Part shown: positions 35,029-43,585 of the stretch, in pieces
Layout: every line of letters begins with the position of its first letter
How positions within the stretch are numbered: the first letter of the stretch is position 1
Origin: an uncultured Anaerolineales bacterium
GTDB taxonomy: Bacteria; Chloroflexota; Anaerolineae; B4-G1
Direction: 5' to 3'
Length of the DNA: 64,000 nucleotides
Assembly (NCBI GenBank): GCA_964444825.1
Contig: CAYUIS010000003.1
Coordinates: 5,088-69,087, forward strand
The notes under the pieces: generated by a model
Seen by the model: the letters and a program-made list of their open reading frames with translations, nothing else
Database searches by the model: none
What the model was told of the DNA's origin: nothing
Made by a program: the position numbers and the translations under genes

Positions 35029-36552
35029 ATGACGATCAAAAGAAGTCTATTCAGTGTGTATGACAAGACCGGGCTGGTGGACCTGGCACGCCCACTGGCC
35101 AAGCGGGGGGTCGAGATCGTCGCTAGCGGCGGCACTGCCCGCGCTCTGCTCCAGGCTGGCCTGAATGTGCAATCTGTCAGCGACGTGACTGGCTCTCCCG
35201 AGATCCTGGGAGGGCGGGTAAAGACGCTCCATCCCGCCATCCACGGCGGCATCCTCTCCCGCCGCATCCCGGCCGACCGAGAGGAACTGGAGGGCCAGGG
35301 CTGGGATGAGGTCGACCTGGTCGTAGTCAACCTCTATCCCTTTGAGGAGACGGCGGCCGATCCAAGCGCCTCGCTGGAGACCGTCATCGAACAGATCGAC
35401 ATCGGCGGCGTAGCGTTACTGCGAGCGTCGGCCAAGAATTATGCCCACGTGACCACGGTGTGCGACCCTGCGGATTATGAGCTTGTCCTCGCAGAGATCA
35501 ACAGGCACGGGCAGGTGTCCCTGGAGATCCGACGGCAGTTGGCGGTCAAGGTGTTTGCCCACACCGCCGCCTACGACACCGCTATCTGGCGTTATCTGGG
35601 CAGGGACGCGGATGAACCGGCGGGGTTCCCTGAGCAACTGACGATGGGCCTCAACAAGCTGAACGACCTGAGATACGGTGAGAACCCGCATCAGCGGGCC
35701 GCATTGTACGCCCCCCCTGGTGTGACCGGTCCGCTGGGTGGACGGTTACTGCAGGGGAAAGCCCTCTCTTACAACAACTTGCTCGATCTGGACGCCGCGT
35801 GGCGGGCCTGTGCTGCCTTTGAAGGCCCCACCATCGCCATCATCAAGCACCTGAGCCCCTGCGGTCTCGCATCGGCCGACAGGCTGGCAGAGGCGTTCCC
35901 GCTGGCGCTGGCAGGAGACCCGGTCTCAGCCTTTGGGAGCGTCATTGCTGCCAATCGAATCGTCGACTTGGACACGGTCCGCGCGCTGGGCGATCTGTAC
36001 ATCGAGGCCATCGCAGCGCCCGCCTTCACCGCGGAGGCGCAGCAGGCCCTTGAAGCGCGCAAAGGATGCCGGTTGGTCGCGATAGGCCAATCAGAACCGG
36101 ATCAATTGGAGATGCGGAGCATTCAGGGTGGGTTTTTGCTCCAGGACCCCGATCCGGGCGACCAGGCTGAGTGGCAGGCGGTCACCCAACGCGCTCCTAC
36201 CCCCGCGGAGAAAAGAAGCCTGAGATTTGCCTGGCGGGCGGTCGCCCACGTCAAGTCGAACGGCATCCTGGTGGCCCAGGGCGAGGCTGCGGTCGGCATC
36301 GGCGGCGGACTGCCCAGCCGGGTGGACGCCGTCCGGCTGGCATTGGCCAAGGCGGGCGAACGGGCCCAAGGAGCGGTCCTCGCCTCCGATGCCTTTTTTC
36401 CATTCCCCGACGGCGTCGAGATAGCGGCCAGCCAAGGGGTAACGGCCATCGTCCAACCTGGAGGCTCAGTGCGCGATCAACAGGTCATCGAAACCGCCGA
36501 TCGATCGGGACTGGCGATGTGCTTTACCGGCGTGCGCCACTTTCGGCACTGA
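35029..36552 (+). CDS. purH: Bifunctional AICAR transformylase / IMP cyclohydrolase
   Basis: The N-terminal MGS-like domain (SVYDKTGLVDLA, ASGGTA) and the C-terminal AICARFT domain are both present, at the canonical length of 507 aa. Confidence 0.9.
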   Translation: MTIKRSLFSVYDKTGLVDLARPLAKRGVEIVASGGTARALLQAGLNVQSVSDVTGSPEILGGRVKTLHPAIHGGILSRRIPADREELEGQGWDEVDLVVVNLYPFEETAADPSASLETVIEQIDIGGVALLRASAKNYAHVTTVCDPADYELVLAEINRHGQVSLEIRRQLAVKVFAHTAAYDTAIWRYLGRDADEPAGFPEQLTMGLNKLNDLRYGENPHQRAALYAPPGVTGPLGGRLLQGKALSYNNLLDLDAAWRACAAFEGPTIAIIKHLSPCGLASADRLAEAFPLALAGDPVSAFGSVIAANRIVDLDTVRALGDLYIEAIAAPAFTAEAQQALEARKGCRLVAIGQSEPDQLEMRSIQGGFLLQDPDPGDQAEWQAVTQRAPTPAEKRSLRFAWRAVAHVKSNGILVAQGEAAVGIGGGLPSRVDAVRLALAKAGERAQGAVLASDAFFPFPDGVEIAASQGVTAIVQPGGSVRDQQVIETADRSGLAMCFTGVRHFRH

Positions 36553-36578
36553 AACCGGAGCTAGCGCCCTTTTTGCTG

Positions 36579-36627
36579 ACCAGATTGGTCCAATCTTTAA
36601 GATTGGACCAATCTCTGGTTTCTCTTT
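36579..36627 (+). terminator. Rho-independent terminator after purH: long nested palindrome (CCAGATTGGTCCAATCTT/AAGATTGGACCAATCTCTGG) + TTTCTCTTT
   Basis: An inverted repeat of about 18 bp with internal ATTGGTCCAAT / ATTGGACCAAT sub-palindromes, followed by a T-rich tract. It also lies in front of the ECF sigma gene, so it could double as an operator. Confidence 0.55.
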
Positions 36628-36700
36628 GCGACCGAATATGCAACCCTATTCAATCGTTATACGTATATAGATTGCTAGAGCCTGGAGAGATTCAGGTAAT

Positions 36701-37318
36701 GTGGAGCACGAGTTGACTACGGAAACTGAGTGGATCCAACAAGCCCGTGGAGGCGACCAGGCCGCCTTTGGTCGCCTGGTTATGGCCTATCAGACGCCCG
36801 TTTACAACCTGACTTACCGAATGCTGGGCAACGCGGGGGAAGCTGAGGATGCGGCGCAGGAGGCATTTCTGCGGGCGTATACACGCCTGCACAGTTACGA
36901 TCCAGACCGGCCATTCCGGTCGTGGATGCTGTCTATTGCCTCCCACTACTGCATCGACCAGCTTCGCAAGCGGCGGTTCACGTGGCTATCGTTTGAGGAC
37001 GAGATAGCGGCGCCGAACGGCTCGACGAGCAACGCAGCCACCATCGCCGAAGCACACCTGACCAGCGGGAATCCTAATCCGGAGGCGGTCGTAGCGGAGA
37101 AAGAGAAACAGGGACATGTACAGGAAATGCTAGGATCGCTTTCGCCCACTGATCGGGCGGCAATCACGCTTCGCTACTGGTACGACTATTCCTACGAAGA
37201 GGTCGCTGACTCGCTGGGCCTGACGGTGAGTGCTGTCAAATCGCGGCTCCACCGCGCCCGGCGCGGTCTGGCAACCATGGTGGAACAGGATGGAGACTAT
37301 GGACTGCAAACGTGCTAG
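36701..37318 (+). CDS. ECF (sigma-70 family group IV) RNA polymerase sigma factor
   Basis: Region 2 reads AFGRLVMAYQTPVYNLTYRMLGNAGEAEDAAQEAFLRAY. Region 4 reads YSYEEVADSLGLTVSAVKSRLHRAR. The start is GTG. Confidence 0.8.
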   Translation: MEHELTTETEWIQQARGGDQAAFGRLVMAYQTPVYNLTYRMLGNAGEAEDAAQEAFLRAYTRLHSYDPDRPFRSWMLSIASHYCIDQLRKRRFTWLSFEDEIAAPNGSTSNAATIAEAHLTSGNPNPEAVVAEKEKQGHVQEMLGSLSPTDRAAITLRYWYDYSYEEVADSLGLTVSAVKSRLHRARRGLATMVEQDGDYGLQTC

Positions 37319-37832
37319 TAGAATGATGTCGCTGCGCCTGGATGGCAACCTGGATGGCGCCGAGATGACTCGCCTGGATGAACACCTGGGGGAGTGCAGC
37401 GCCTGTTTGGTCGAGTGGCACAGAATGCAGGCCATCGACAGCCTGCTGAGGGCTACTCCTATGGTCCATCCGCCGCTCAGGTTGCGGGTGCAGGTTATGG
37501 CCCGTTTGAGCCGGCGAGATCAGGCACGCCGGGCGATCATCGGCGGCACAGCACTGACGCTGGGGACGGTCACGCTGGCGCTGCTGACCCTGGCGCCAGC
37601 CCTGATCGGGCTGCTGAATGGACTGGGTATCGCACCCGCTCTGATCAGCGGCGGACCAGAGACGCTCAGCCAGTTGCTGCTCTTTGGCAGCACGATGGGC
37701 CGGGCAGTGTTGGTATTGATAGAAGCGCTCGCCCTTCCATTGGCAGCGCTGATTATGTGTAGCCTGTTGATGGCGCTGGCCGTCAACAGCCTGTGGATTC
37801 GTATGGTACGCCGAATGCGGGTCCGATCATAG
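37290..37832 (+). CDS. Anti-sigma factor (zinc-finger HxxxCxxC N-domain, multiple TM helices)
   Basis: The N-terminus reads MDCKRASRMMSLRLDGNLDGAEMTRLDEHLGECSACLVEW (an RsrA/ChrR-like zinc anti-sigma motif). Hydrophobic membrane segments follow. It overlaps the sigma gene 3' end. Confidence 0.65.
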   Translation: METMDCKRASRMMSLRLDGNLDGAEMTRLDEHLGECSACLVEWHRMQAIDSLLRATPMVHPPLRLRVQVMARLSRRDQARRAIIGGTALTLGTVTLALLTLAPALIGLLNGLGIAPALISGGPETLSQLLLFGSTMGRAVLVLIEALALPLAALIMCSLLMALAVNSLWIRMVRRMRVRS

Positions 37833-38047
37833 TAGTACCTCGTCAAGGTAAAGATGATGGCCCGTCATTCTGAGCAGCTTGTCCTGAGCCTGGCGAAGGA
37901 TAGCGAAGAATCTCTTGTCGAACAGAGAATCCCCACGCCGAGATTCCTCGCTCTGCTCGGAATGACCAGCGAAAACTTGACTAGGTCATAGTGTGCAAGA
38001 ACGATAAAGACCGGTGGCCGGGCTTGCGGCTACCAAAGGAGTAGAAA

Positions 38048-38941
38048 ATGAGAAAACTGACAATTGTACTCGCTGGACTTGTGTTGACGGGCAGCTCCCT
38101 GGCATGCTGTATCATGCCACAAATACCCGACATTGAGATCAACATGCCCGCCGTCGAAGTGGGAGATTTGCGGGAAGTACAGGAAGAGATCCCTCTCTCG
38201 GGCGCCGAATCGGCCACCGTCAAGATCAAGTTTGGCGCTGGCGAACTGAACATCGAGGCAGGAGATCCCGACTCACTGTTCGCCGGTCGTTTCCGTTACA
38301 ATGTCGAGCAATGGAAACCGTCGGTGACCTACAAGGAAGGCGAACTGACGATCGAGCAGGGAGGGACCAAGAGAGAGTGGGGCATCCCAACCGGGAACAC
38401 CCGCAACGAGTGGGAGCTCGAGTTCTCACCCCGGATACCGATCGAGATGAGGATCGACATCGGTGCGGGCGCGGGGAACCTGGACTTGAGCGGGCTGGGA
38501 CTATCGGAACTCGATCTGAGAATGGGTGCGGGGGACTTTCAGGTCAGGTTCAACGAGTCGAACCCGGTCGAAATGCGCGATCTGACGCTGGAGACAGGGG
38601 CCGCCAAGCTGGACGTCAGGGGAATCGGCTACGCCAGTCCCGAGAAAGCGACCGTGAACGGAGGCGTGGGTGAGATCACGCTGGACCTTACGGGGACGTG
38701 GTCCAACTCGAGCGAGGTGGATATCACGGCCGGCGTCGGTTCCATCACCCTGCGCCTGCCCGACGACATTGGCGTGCAGGTCGAGACAGATGGTGGGCTG
38801 ACAAACGTGGAGGCAGGGGAGTTCCGACGCACAGACGGCGCCTACGTGAATGACGCTTTTGGCGAGACAGAGGTAGAGTTACGCATCCACGTCACAACCG
38901 GCGTCGGCAATCTGCGGCTCGTCAGTGTATCGAACAACTAG
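38048..38941 (+). CDS. DUF4097-like beta-rich lipoprotein (LiaG/toast-rack-like putative adhesin)
   Basis: Lipoprotein signal and lipobox (LTGSSLAC). Repetitive beta-strand units (GAGELNIEAGD, GAGNLDLSG, GAGDFQV, GVGEITLDL, GVGSITLRL, GVGNLRL). Confidence 0.55.
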   Translation: MRKLTIVLAGLVLTGSSLACCIMPQIPDIEINMPAVEVGDLREVQEEIPLSGAESATVKIKFGAGELNIEAGDPDSLFAGRFRYNVEQWKPSVTYKEGELTIEQGGTKREWGIPTGNTRNEWELEFSPRIPIEMRIDIGAGAGNLDLSGLGLSELDLRMGAGDFQVRFNESNPVEMRDLTLETGAAKLDVRGIGYASPEKATVNGGVGEITLDLTGTWSNSSEVDITAGVGSITLRLPDDIGVQVETDGGLTNVEAGEFRRTDGAYVNDAFGETEVELRIHVTTGVGNLRLVSVSNN

Positions 38942-38965
38942 AATCACCGCCCGGAGGTAAGGTAT

Positions 38966-40108
38966 ATGAAAGCTAAACTTACAAAGAGACGATGGGCTAT
39001 CCTGATCATGCTGGTGCTGGTAGCTTGTGCGCTGGTCCCAACCACACCGGCGCTGGCCGATGGCGGCCCTCCCGACCCAGGGGGTGAAGGTACCGTCATC
39101 TGGAACGAAGACTATACGCTGGAAGAGGGAGAACAACTAGAAGGCGACCTGATCGTCTTTAACGGCAACGTGACGCTGGAAGAGGACAGCCAGGTCGAGG
39201 GGTCAGTCATCGTTTGGAACGGAAGCGCCAACATAGAGGGTTCTATCGCGGGTGACCTGGTTGTCTCCATCGGAGATATCCATCTTGGCCCCAGCGCCTC
39301 TGTGGATGGTCAGGTGGTGTGTACCTGGAACTGTGACGTCAAGCAGGACGAGGGTGCCCAAGTGGGCGGGGGCGTGTTCGAGGCCAATCCCTGGGAGGCA
39401 TTGCGCCTGGACCATGAACGGGGCGTTCCCATCCCGGTCCCCTCCCCCATCAGCTTTTGGGCATCGGCTCCGGGACAGGCTTTGGGTTGGATACTCAAGC
39501 TAGTGCGCACGGTGGCCGCCATTTTGGTCGTCGCTGCGGTCGCGGGGTTGGTGGCGCTGATCTGGCCTCAGCCTACAGCTCAGATCGGGCACACCGTGAT
39601 AGAAGCGCCGTGGCAGAGCCTGGGCATCGGCTTCCTCACCGTGGTCTCGGCTACGGTGCTCATCGTCGTGCTGGCGATCACCATCTGTCTGTCACCCATT
39701 GCTCTCCTGGCGGCCCTGGCGCTGGGCGCAGCCGGCCTGTTCGGCTGGATCGGAGTCGGCGCGGTGGTCGGGGAACGGATGCTACAGGCACTCAAGGCCC
39801 GCGAGACTGAACCGATGTGGGCCGCCGCATTGGGCACGCTGGTGGTCACGGCGATCAGCTCAGGGTTGAGCATAGCCTTTTGCCTGGCGCCGCTCGGATG
39901 GCTCGCGACCTTGATCGTGGGCTGTATGGGGTTGGGCGCTGTGGCGCTTACGCGGTTTGGTACGACGGCCTACGTCCCGACCACAGGCTCGGTCGATCCC
40001 CTCCCCACCCCCGCACCTGCGCCACCAGAGCCCGCACCAGTTGAGGAGATCGAGGAGCCCGAAGCTCCTGAGCCACCGGAAGACGAAGGGGAAAGCAGCG
40101 CGGAGTAG
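38966..40108 (+). CDS. Membrane protein with a bactofilin-like (polymer-forming, DUF583-like) periplasmic domain, 4 TM helices and an acidic C-terminus
   Basis: Signal/TM at the N-terminus. Bactofilin-like glycine ladder (LEGDLIVFNGNVTLEEDSQVEGSVIVWNGSANIEGSIAGDLVVSIGDIHLG), then four hydrophobic helices, and a Pro/Glu-rich tail. Confidence 0.5.
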   Translation: MKAKLTKRRWAILIMLVLVACALVPTTPALADGGPPDPGGEGTVIWNEDYTLEEGEQLEGDLIVFNGNVTLEEDSQVEGSVIVWNGSANIEGSIAGDLVVSIGDIHLGPSASVDGQVVCTWNCDVKQDEGAQVGGGVFEANPWEALRLDHERGVPIPVPSPISFWASAPGQALGWILKLVRTVAAILVVAAVAGLVALIWPQPTAQIGHTVIEAPWQSLGIGFLTVVSATVLIVVLAITICLSPIALLAALALGAAGLFGWIGVGAVVGERMLQALKARETEPMWAAALGTLVVTAISSGLSIAFCLAPLGWLATLIVGCMGLGAVALTRFGTTAYVPTTGSVDPLPTPAPAPPEPAPVEEIEEPEAPEPPEDEGESSAE

Positions 40109-40130
40109 GACGCGGCACACGCACAGACAC

Positions 40131-40166
40131 CGGGGAGCCCGCAGATAGGGCTCCCCGTTTTATTTG
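40131..40166 (+). terminator. Rho-independent terminator (CGGGGAGCCC-GCAGATA-GGGCTCCCCG + TTTTATTT)
   Basis: A perfect 10-bp GC-rich stem with a 7-nt loop and a T-tract, 23 nt after the 40108 stop. Confidence 0.6.
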
Positions 40167-40412
40167 CAGGTGGTTGACGATAGCCCGCAAGAATCGCCCG
40201 CCGTATTCAGGTATCGCCTTGATGTAATGTGTGTTCCTATCTGCTCCCAGCTCAGTATGCTCAGGGTCGTCATCAGTATACTATACTTCCCCCTTCTGTC
40301 CCGATCATAACAGTCAGAATGCACGATAGCTCTGGACCGCGTCAATCTCGTTGCAGAACGAATACAGTTTTGGGATATCGCCCCACCTTTGGATAAAACC
40401 GGCCGTTTTCGC

Positions 40413-40441
40413 TTGACAACCCCCGATTATCCTGGTATCAT
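40413..40441 (+). promoter_or_regulatory. Consensus-like sigma70 promoter TTGACA-17-TATCAT in an AT-rich 457-bp intergenic region
   Basis: TTGACA at 40413-40418, a 17-nt spacer, TATCAT at 40436-40441. It sits about 125 nt upstream of the FtsK-like gene. Confidence 0.45.
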
Positions 40442-40565
40442 GCGAGATATAGAACATTTGTTCTAATCTCCGACATCTCGCCATCAGCTCGAGACAAGCG
40501 CCAACAGCCAAGACCCACCCAACACATAGCACCTGAGCTGATGGCCTGGGACAAGGTCAGTCAAG

Positions 40566-41717
40566 ATGCGCAAAAAGCTCGAGTTCCAGGCGGACCGGAT
40601 CGAGACGGTGCTATCCGTGCACAAGATTCCAGCCCGGGTGACCGGCGGCACGGTGACGCCCCGATGGGTACGTTTCCAGGTGTTGCCCGCCGTGGGCGCC
40701 AAGATCTCCAAGATCAGAGGGCTGAGTGAGGAGTTGGCCGCTGCGCTCGGCGCGCGCAACTGCCGCGTGTCGAGGCGTGGGGCCGCCGTCGCCGTCGAGA
40801 TTCCGCGCGACGACCCCCAGGCAGTCCGCCTGCTGCCCCTGCTCCGCCAACTCAACGACGGCGACAAAACGGAGGGCACTATCCCAGCGGTGACCGGTAT
40901 CCTGGGTATCGCCGAGGACGGCGCGCCCCTGCTCATTCGCCTGCCCTCCCCCGACGTGGCGCACATCCTGGTGGCAGGGACGACCGGATCGGGAAAGACG
41001 ACGCTCTTGCAAAGTATGATCCTCAGCCTGGCGATGGTCAACACAGCCTGTAGTGGTCAGTCCCGGGCCTGCGGCTCCCAATTGAGCATACTCCTGCTGG
41101 ACCCCAAAGGTCACGCCTTTGCCCCCTTCGAAGGACTGCCTCACCTGGCGCGCCCGATCATCCGGGACGTGGAGGAGGCAACCGAGGCCCTGCAGAGCCT
41201 GGTACGCCTGATGGAGCGCCGCAGTGCCTCCCCCACCCCTCCGGGAGGAGACAATCCATCGTCAGGGCAGCCGCGCATCGTGTTGGTGATCGACGAGTTA
41301 GCCGACCTGCTGATGGTCGGTGGCAAACGAATACAACAGGCCCTCACCCGCCTGACCCAGCGCGGGCGGGAGGCTGGCATCCACGTCATCGCCGCCACCC
41401 AGAAACCAACGGCCGCCGTCCTGGGCTCGCTGATCAAGGCAAACTTTCCGGTGCGGCTTGTGGGGCGGGTGACGAGCGCCGAAGATGCGCGCACGGCCAC
41501 CGGTTGGAGCGGCACCGGAGCCGAGCGATTGCTGGGACGGGGGGATTTCCTGGCGGTGGCGGAGGGACGAGTGGTCAGATTCCAGGCAGCGCACATCTCC
41601 CAGGAAGAGATCCGGGAGATCGTAGACCAGATGGAACGAGACGCGAGACGATTGACGGAATCAGATCTGCTTCAACCGGTGAGGCAACTCCGGGACAGTT
41701 TTGGAGGGGGGAGGTAA
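40566..41717 (+). CDS. FtsK/SpoIIIE-family DNA-translocase ATPase, soluble (no N-terminal membrane domain, no gamma domain)
   Basis: Walker A is VAGTTGSGKTTLLQS. Walker B / arginine finger are VLVIDELADLLMV and IHVIAATQKPT. This is the FtsK alpha/beta-like motor, at only 383 aa. Confidence 0.75.
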   Translation: MRKKLEFQADRIETVLSVHKIPARVTGGTVTPRWVRFQVLPAVGAKISKIRGLSEELAAALGARNCRVSRRGAAVAVEIPRDDPQAVRLLPLLRQLNDGDKTEGTIPAVTGILGIAEDGAPLLIRLPSPDVAHILVAGTTGSGKTTLLQSMILSLAMVNTACSGQSRACGSQLSILLLDPKGHAFAPFEGLPHLARPIIRDVEEATEALQSLVRLMERRSASPTPPGGDNPSSGQPRIVLVIDELADLLMVGGKRIQQALTRLTQRGREAGIHVIAATQKPTAAVLGSLIKANFPVRLVGRVTSAEDARTATGWSGTGAERLLGRGDFLAVAEGRVVRFQAAHISQEEIREIVDQMERDARRLTESDLLQPVRQLRDSFGGGR

Positions 41718-41719
41718 AG

Positions 41720-42115
41720 ATGGATAGGAGATCAGATTCGGTCAACCGATGGGCTCGAATCAGGACCTTTGCTGGACTCGCCGGGATCGCCTTTGCCGTG
41801 ACGCTGGCGCTGGTGATTGGCAATCGCCTGAGCGATGAGGCGCTGGCCGTTTTGGCCGGCGCGGCGTGCGGGGTCGGGGCAGCGATTCCCACCAGTTTAC
41901 TCATCGTCGCCATCACGCAACGGCCACACAAGCAGTCGTCCGCCGATCACCCACACGCGTACCCCCCCGTGGTCGTGATCGCGCCCCCCGGTTCGGGGCA
42001 GCAGACGGACGCGTGGAACCACGTCCCACCATCAATGATCCCACCGATGGAGCGCAACTTTAGCGTGGTGGGAGGCGCAGAGACAGACACCGAATCACCG
42101 GGATATACCAATTGA
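41720..42115 (+). CDS. Small membrane protein, hypothetical (2 TM)
   Basis: It overlaps the FtsK-like stop (ATG 41720). Hydrophobic helices FAGLAGIAFAVTLALVIG and LAGAACGVGAAIPTSLLIVAI. The ORF track lists a longer overextended frame from 41504. Confidence 0.4.
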   Translation: MDRRSDSVNRWARIRTFAGLAGIAFAVTLALVIGNRLSDEALAVLAGAACGVGAAIPTSLLIVAITQRPHKQSSADHPHAYPPVVVIAPPGSGQQTDAWNHVPPSMIPPMERNFSVVGGAETDTESPGYTN

Positions 42116-42162
42116 GGAGCCTATCGATCCAGTCGGACGAGGTGCATCGCACCAGTAACAGC

Positions 42163-43089
42163 CTATTCGGGCCGGTCGGGATAGAAATCAATCACCTTCT
42201 GTCCCCCCGCGCTAGACTGCGCCGCGGTCCGCCCCCTCACGTCCTCGGGCACGAACGCCACACCAGCAGTCCCTTGTATGGCCTGTGTCAATGTCTCCAG
42301 CGGCAGAGCCAGGCCGATCAAAGTGCGCGACTCGGTCACGACAAAACGAGGTGCATCCGGTCTTCCCACCAGAGCCGACCGTGCCGGGTCCCAGACCAGG
42401 AAATAACCCTCATACGCGCCCCTGGTGTCGTTGTAAGAAACCCCGATGGCCGCTTCGTATCCCAGGTCTGGATTGATCTGAGCCGTGCCTACCGGACGAC
42501 CCGTGGCCGCGTCACCGTCCACATCCAGCACAAAGACCCAATCTGTCAAAACGGGGGGAGGGTCAGGAATGGGATCGTAGAACGAGAGCCACAGCAAAAG
42601 CTCACCTTCGCTCGCCCACTGGGCCAGTTCAACGGGAACTCGCTCGTCTGGCTGAAGCGACAGCCGTAGATCAAGGTCAACATTGGCAGACCGAATATCC
42701 ACGCCTCCAGGCGCTCCCTCGACCAGCGCCCCACTGCCATAGACTTCAACATCCCCTTGCAGGTCGAACACCGGTGTGGGAGACGGCTCCGGCAACGGGG
42801 AGAGGGTCGGAGATGGTGACAGGGTCGGTGCTTCGGTCGGGGCAAGCGCCTCAGTTTGCTCTGGAACGTTCGTCAGCACGGCAGTAGGCATCGGCGTGGA
42901 AGTAGGTAGAGCAACAGCGGTAGGGGTCGAAGTGCTCACCGCCAGCTTTGATGAGGCAGGCCAAAACGTCCGCGCGAGCATAACACCCGCAATACACAGG
43001 ACAAGAAAACCGATAACGCCCACTGACGCCAGCCGAACCGTCCTGGCACGTTGTTGAGCCTCAAACTCGCGGTATTCGCGCATGATCAT
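42163..43089 (-). CDS. Membrane-anchored hypothetical protein with a Pro/Thr/Ser-rich linker and a beta-rich C-terminal domain
   Basis: N-terminal TM (VGVIGFLVLCIAGVMLA), a low-complexity PT-rich stretch (STSTPTAVALPTSTPMPTAV...PSPTLSPLPEPSPTP), and a globular C-domain. Confidence 0.45.
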   Translation of the reverse strand: MIMREYREFEAQQRARTVRLASVGVIGFLVLCIAGVMLARTFWPASSKLAVSTSTPTAVALPTSTPMPTAVLTNVPEQTEALAPTEAPTLSPSPTLSPLPEPSPTPVFDLQGDVEVYGSGALVEGAPGGVDIRSANVDLDLRLSLQPDERVPVELAQWASEGELLLWLSFYDPIPDPPPVLTDWVFVLDVDGDAATGRPVGTAQINPDLGYEAAIGVSYNDTRGAYEGYFLVWDPARSALVGRPDAPRFVVTESRTLIGLALPLETLTQAIQGTAGVAFVPEDVRGRTAAQSSAGGQKVIDFYPDRPE

Positions 43090-43260
43090 CCGTTTCCTAT
43101 TGTTTTTGGCCTACAGCACCAAAGGCAACCTCATCGCCACGGTGCACCCACTATGACCTGGCACACAGTATAAAGCAAGCTTGCGCAAACGTCAAAGCAC
43201 AGCAGCTTGTGATTTTGCCCACTTGACAGGGTAAACTGCTCAGTGTATAATGCGAATGCT

Positions 43261-43283
43261 CGATAATCGATAATCGATAATCA
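43261..43283. repeat. Tandem heptamer repeat (CGATAAT)x3 in the 500-bp leader upstream of the PEP-utilizing enzyme gene
   Basis: Read directly: cgataatcgataatcgataatc. Confidence 0.6.
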
Positions 43284-43585
43284 GAGATTACGCGTGCACT
43301 CTGTTCTGCAAGGTTGTGATGTCTTCTGTTTCACAATCACAAGTTGCCCCACCAACGTATAAGAAAGTGCTATTCCAAGTTAACCCCATGTCTCACCAAG
43401 AGCCGTAACGCTGTCCTTTTCGCTTCGACATACTGCGGTGAGGCTCTAACTATGTTGTCAAGAAAGGAGGACACCATCGCGAAACCACAGGGCTGACGAG
43501 GGTTGTGCAGCGTGACAAGCAATCACGCAGTCGGTGATTCCGTAATGGGCCAAGGCCCACAAAACCCACGAGGAGGTATACACAA

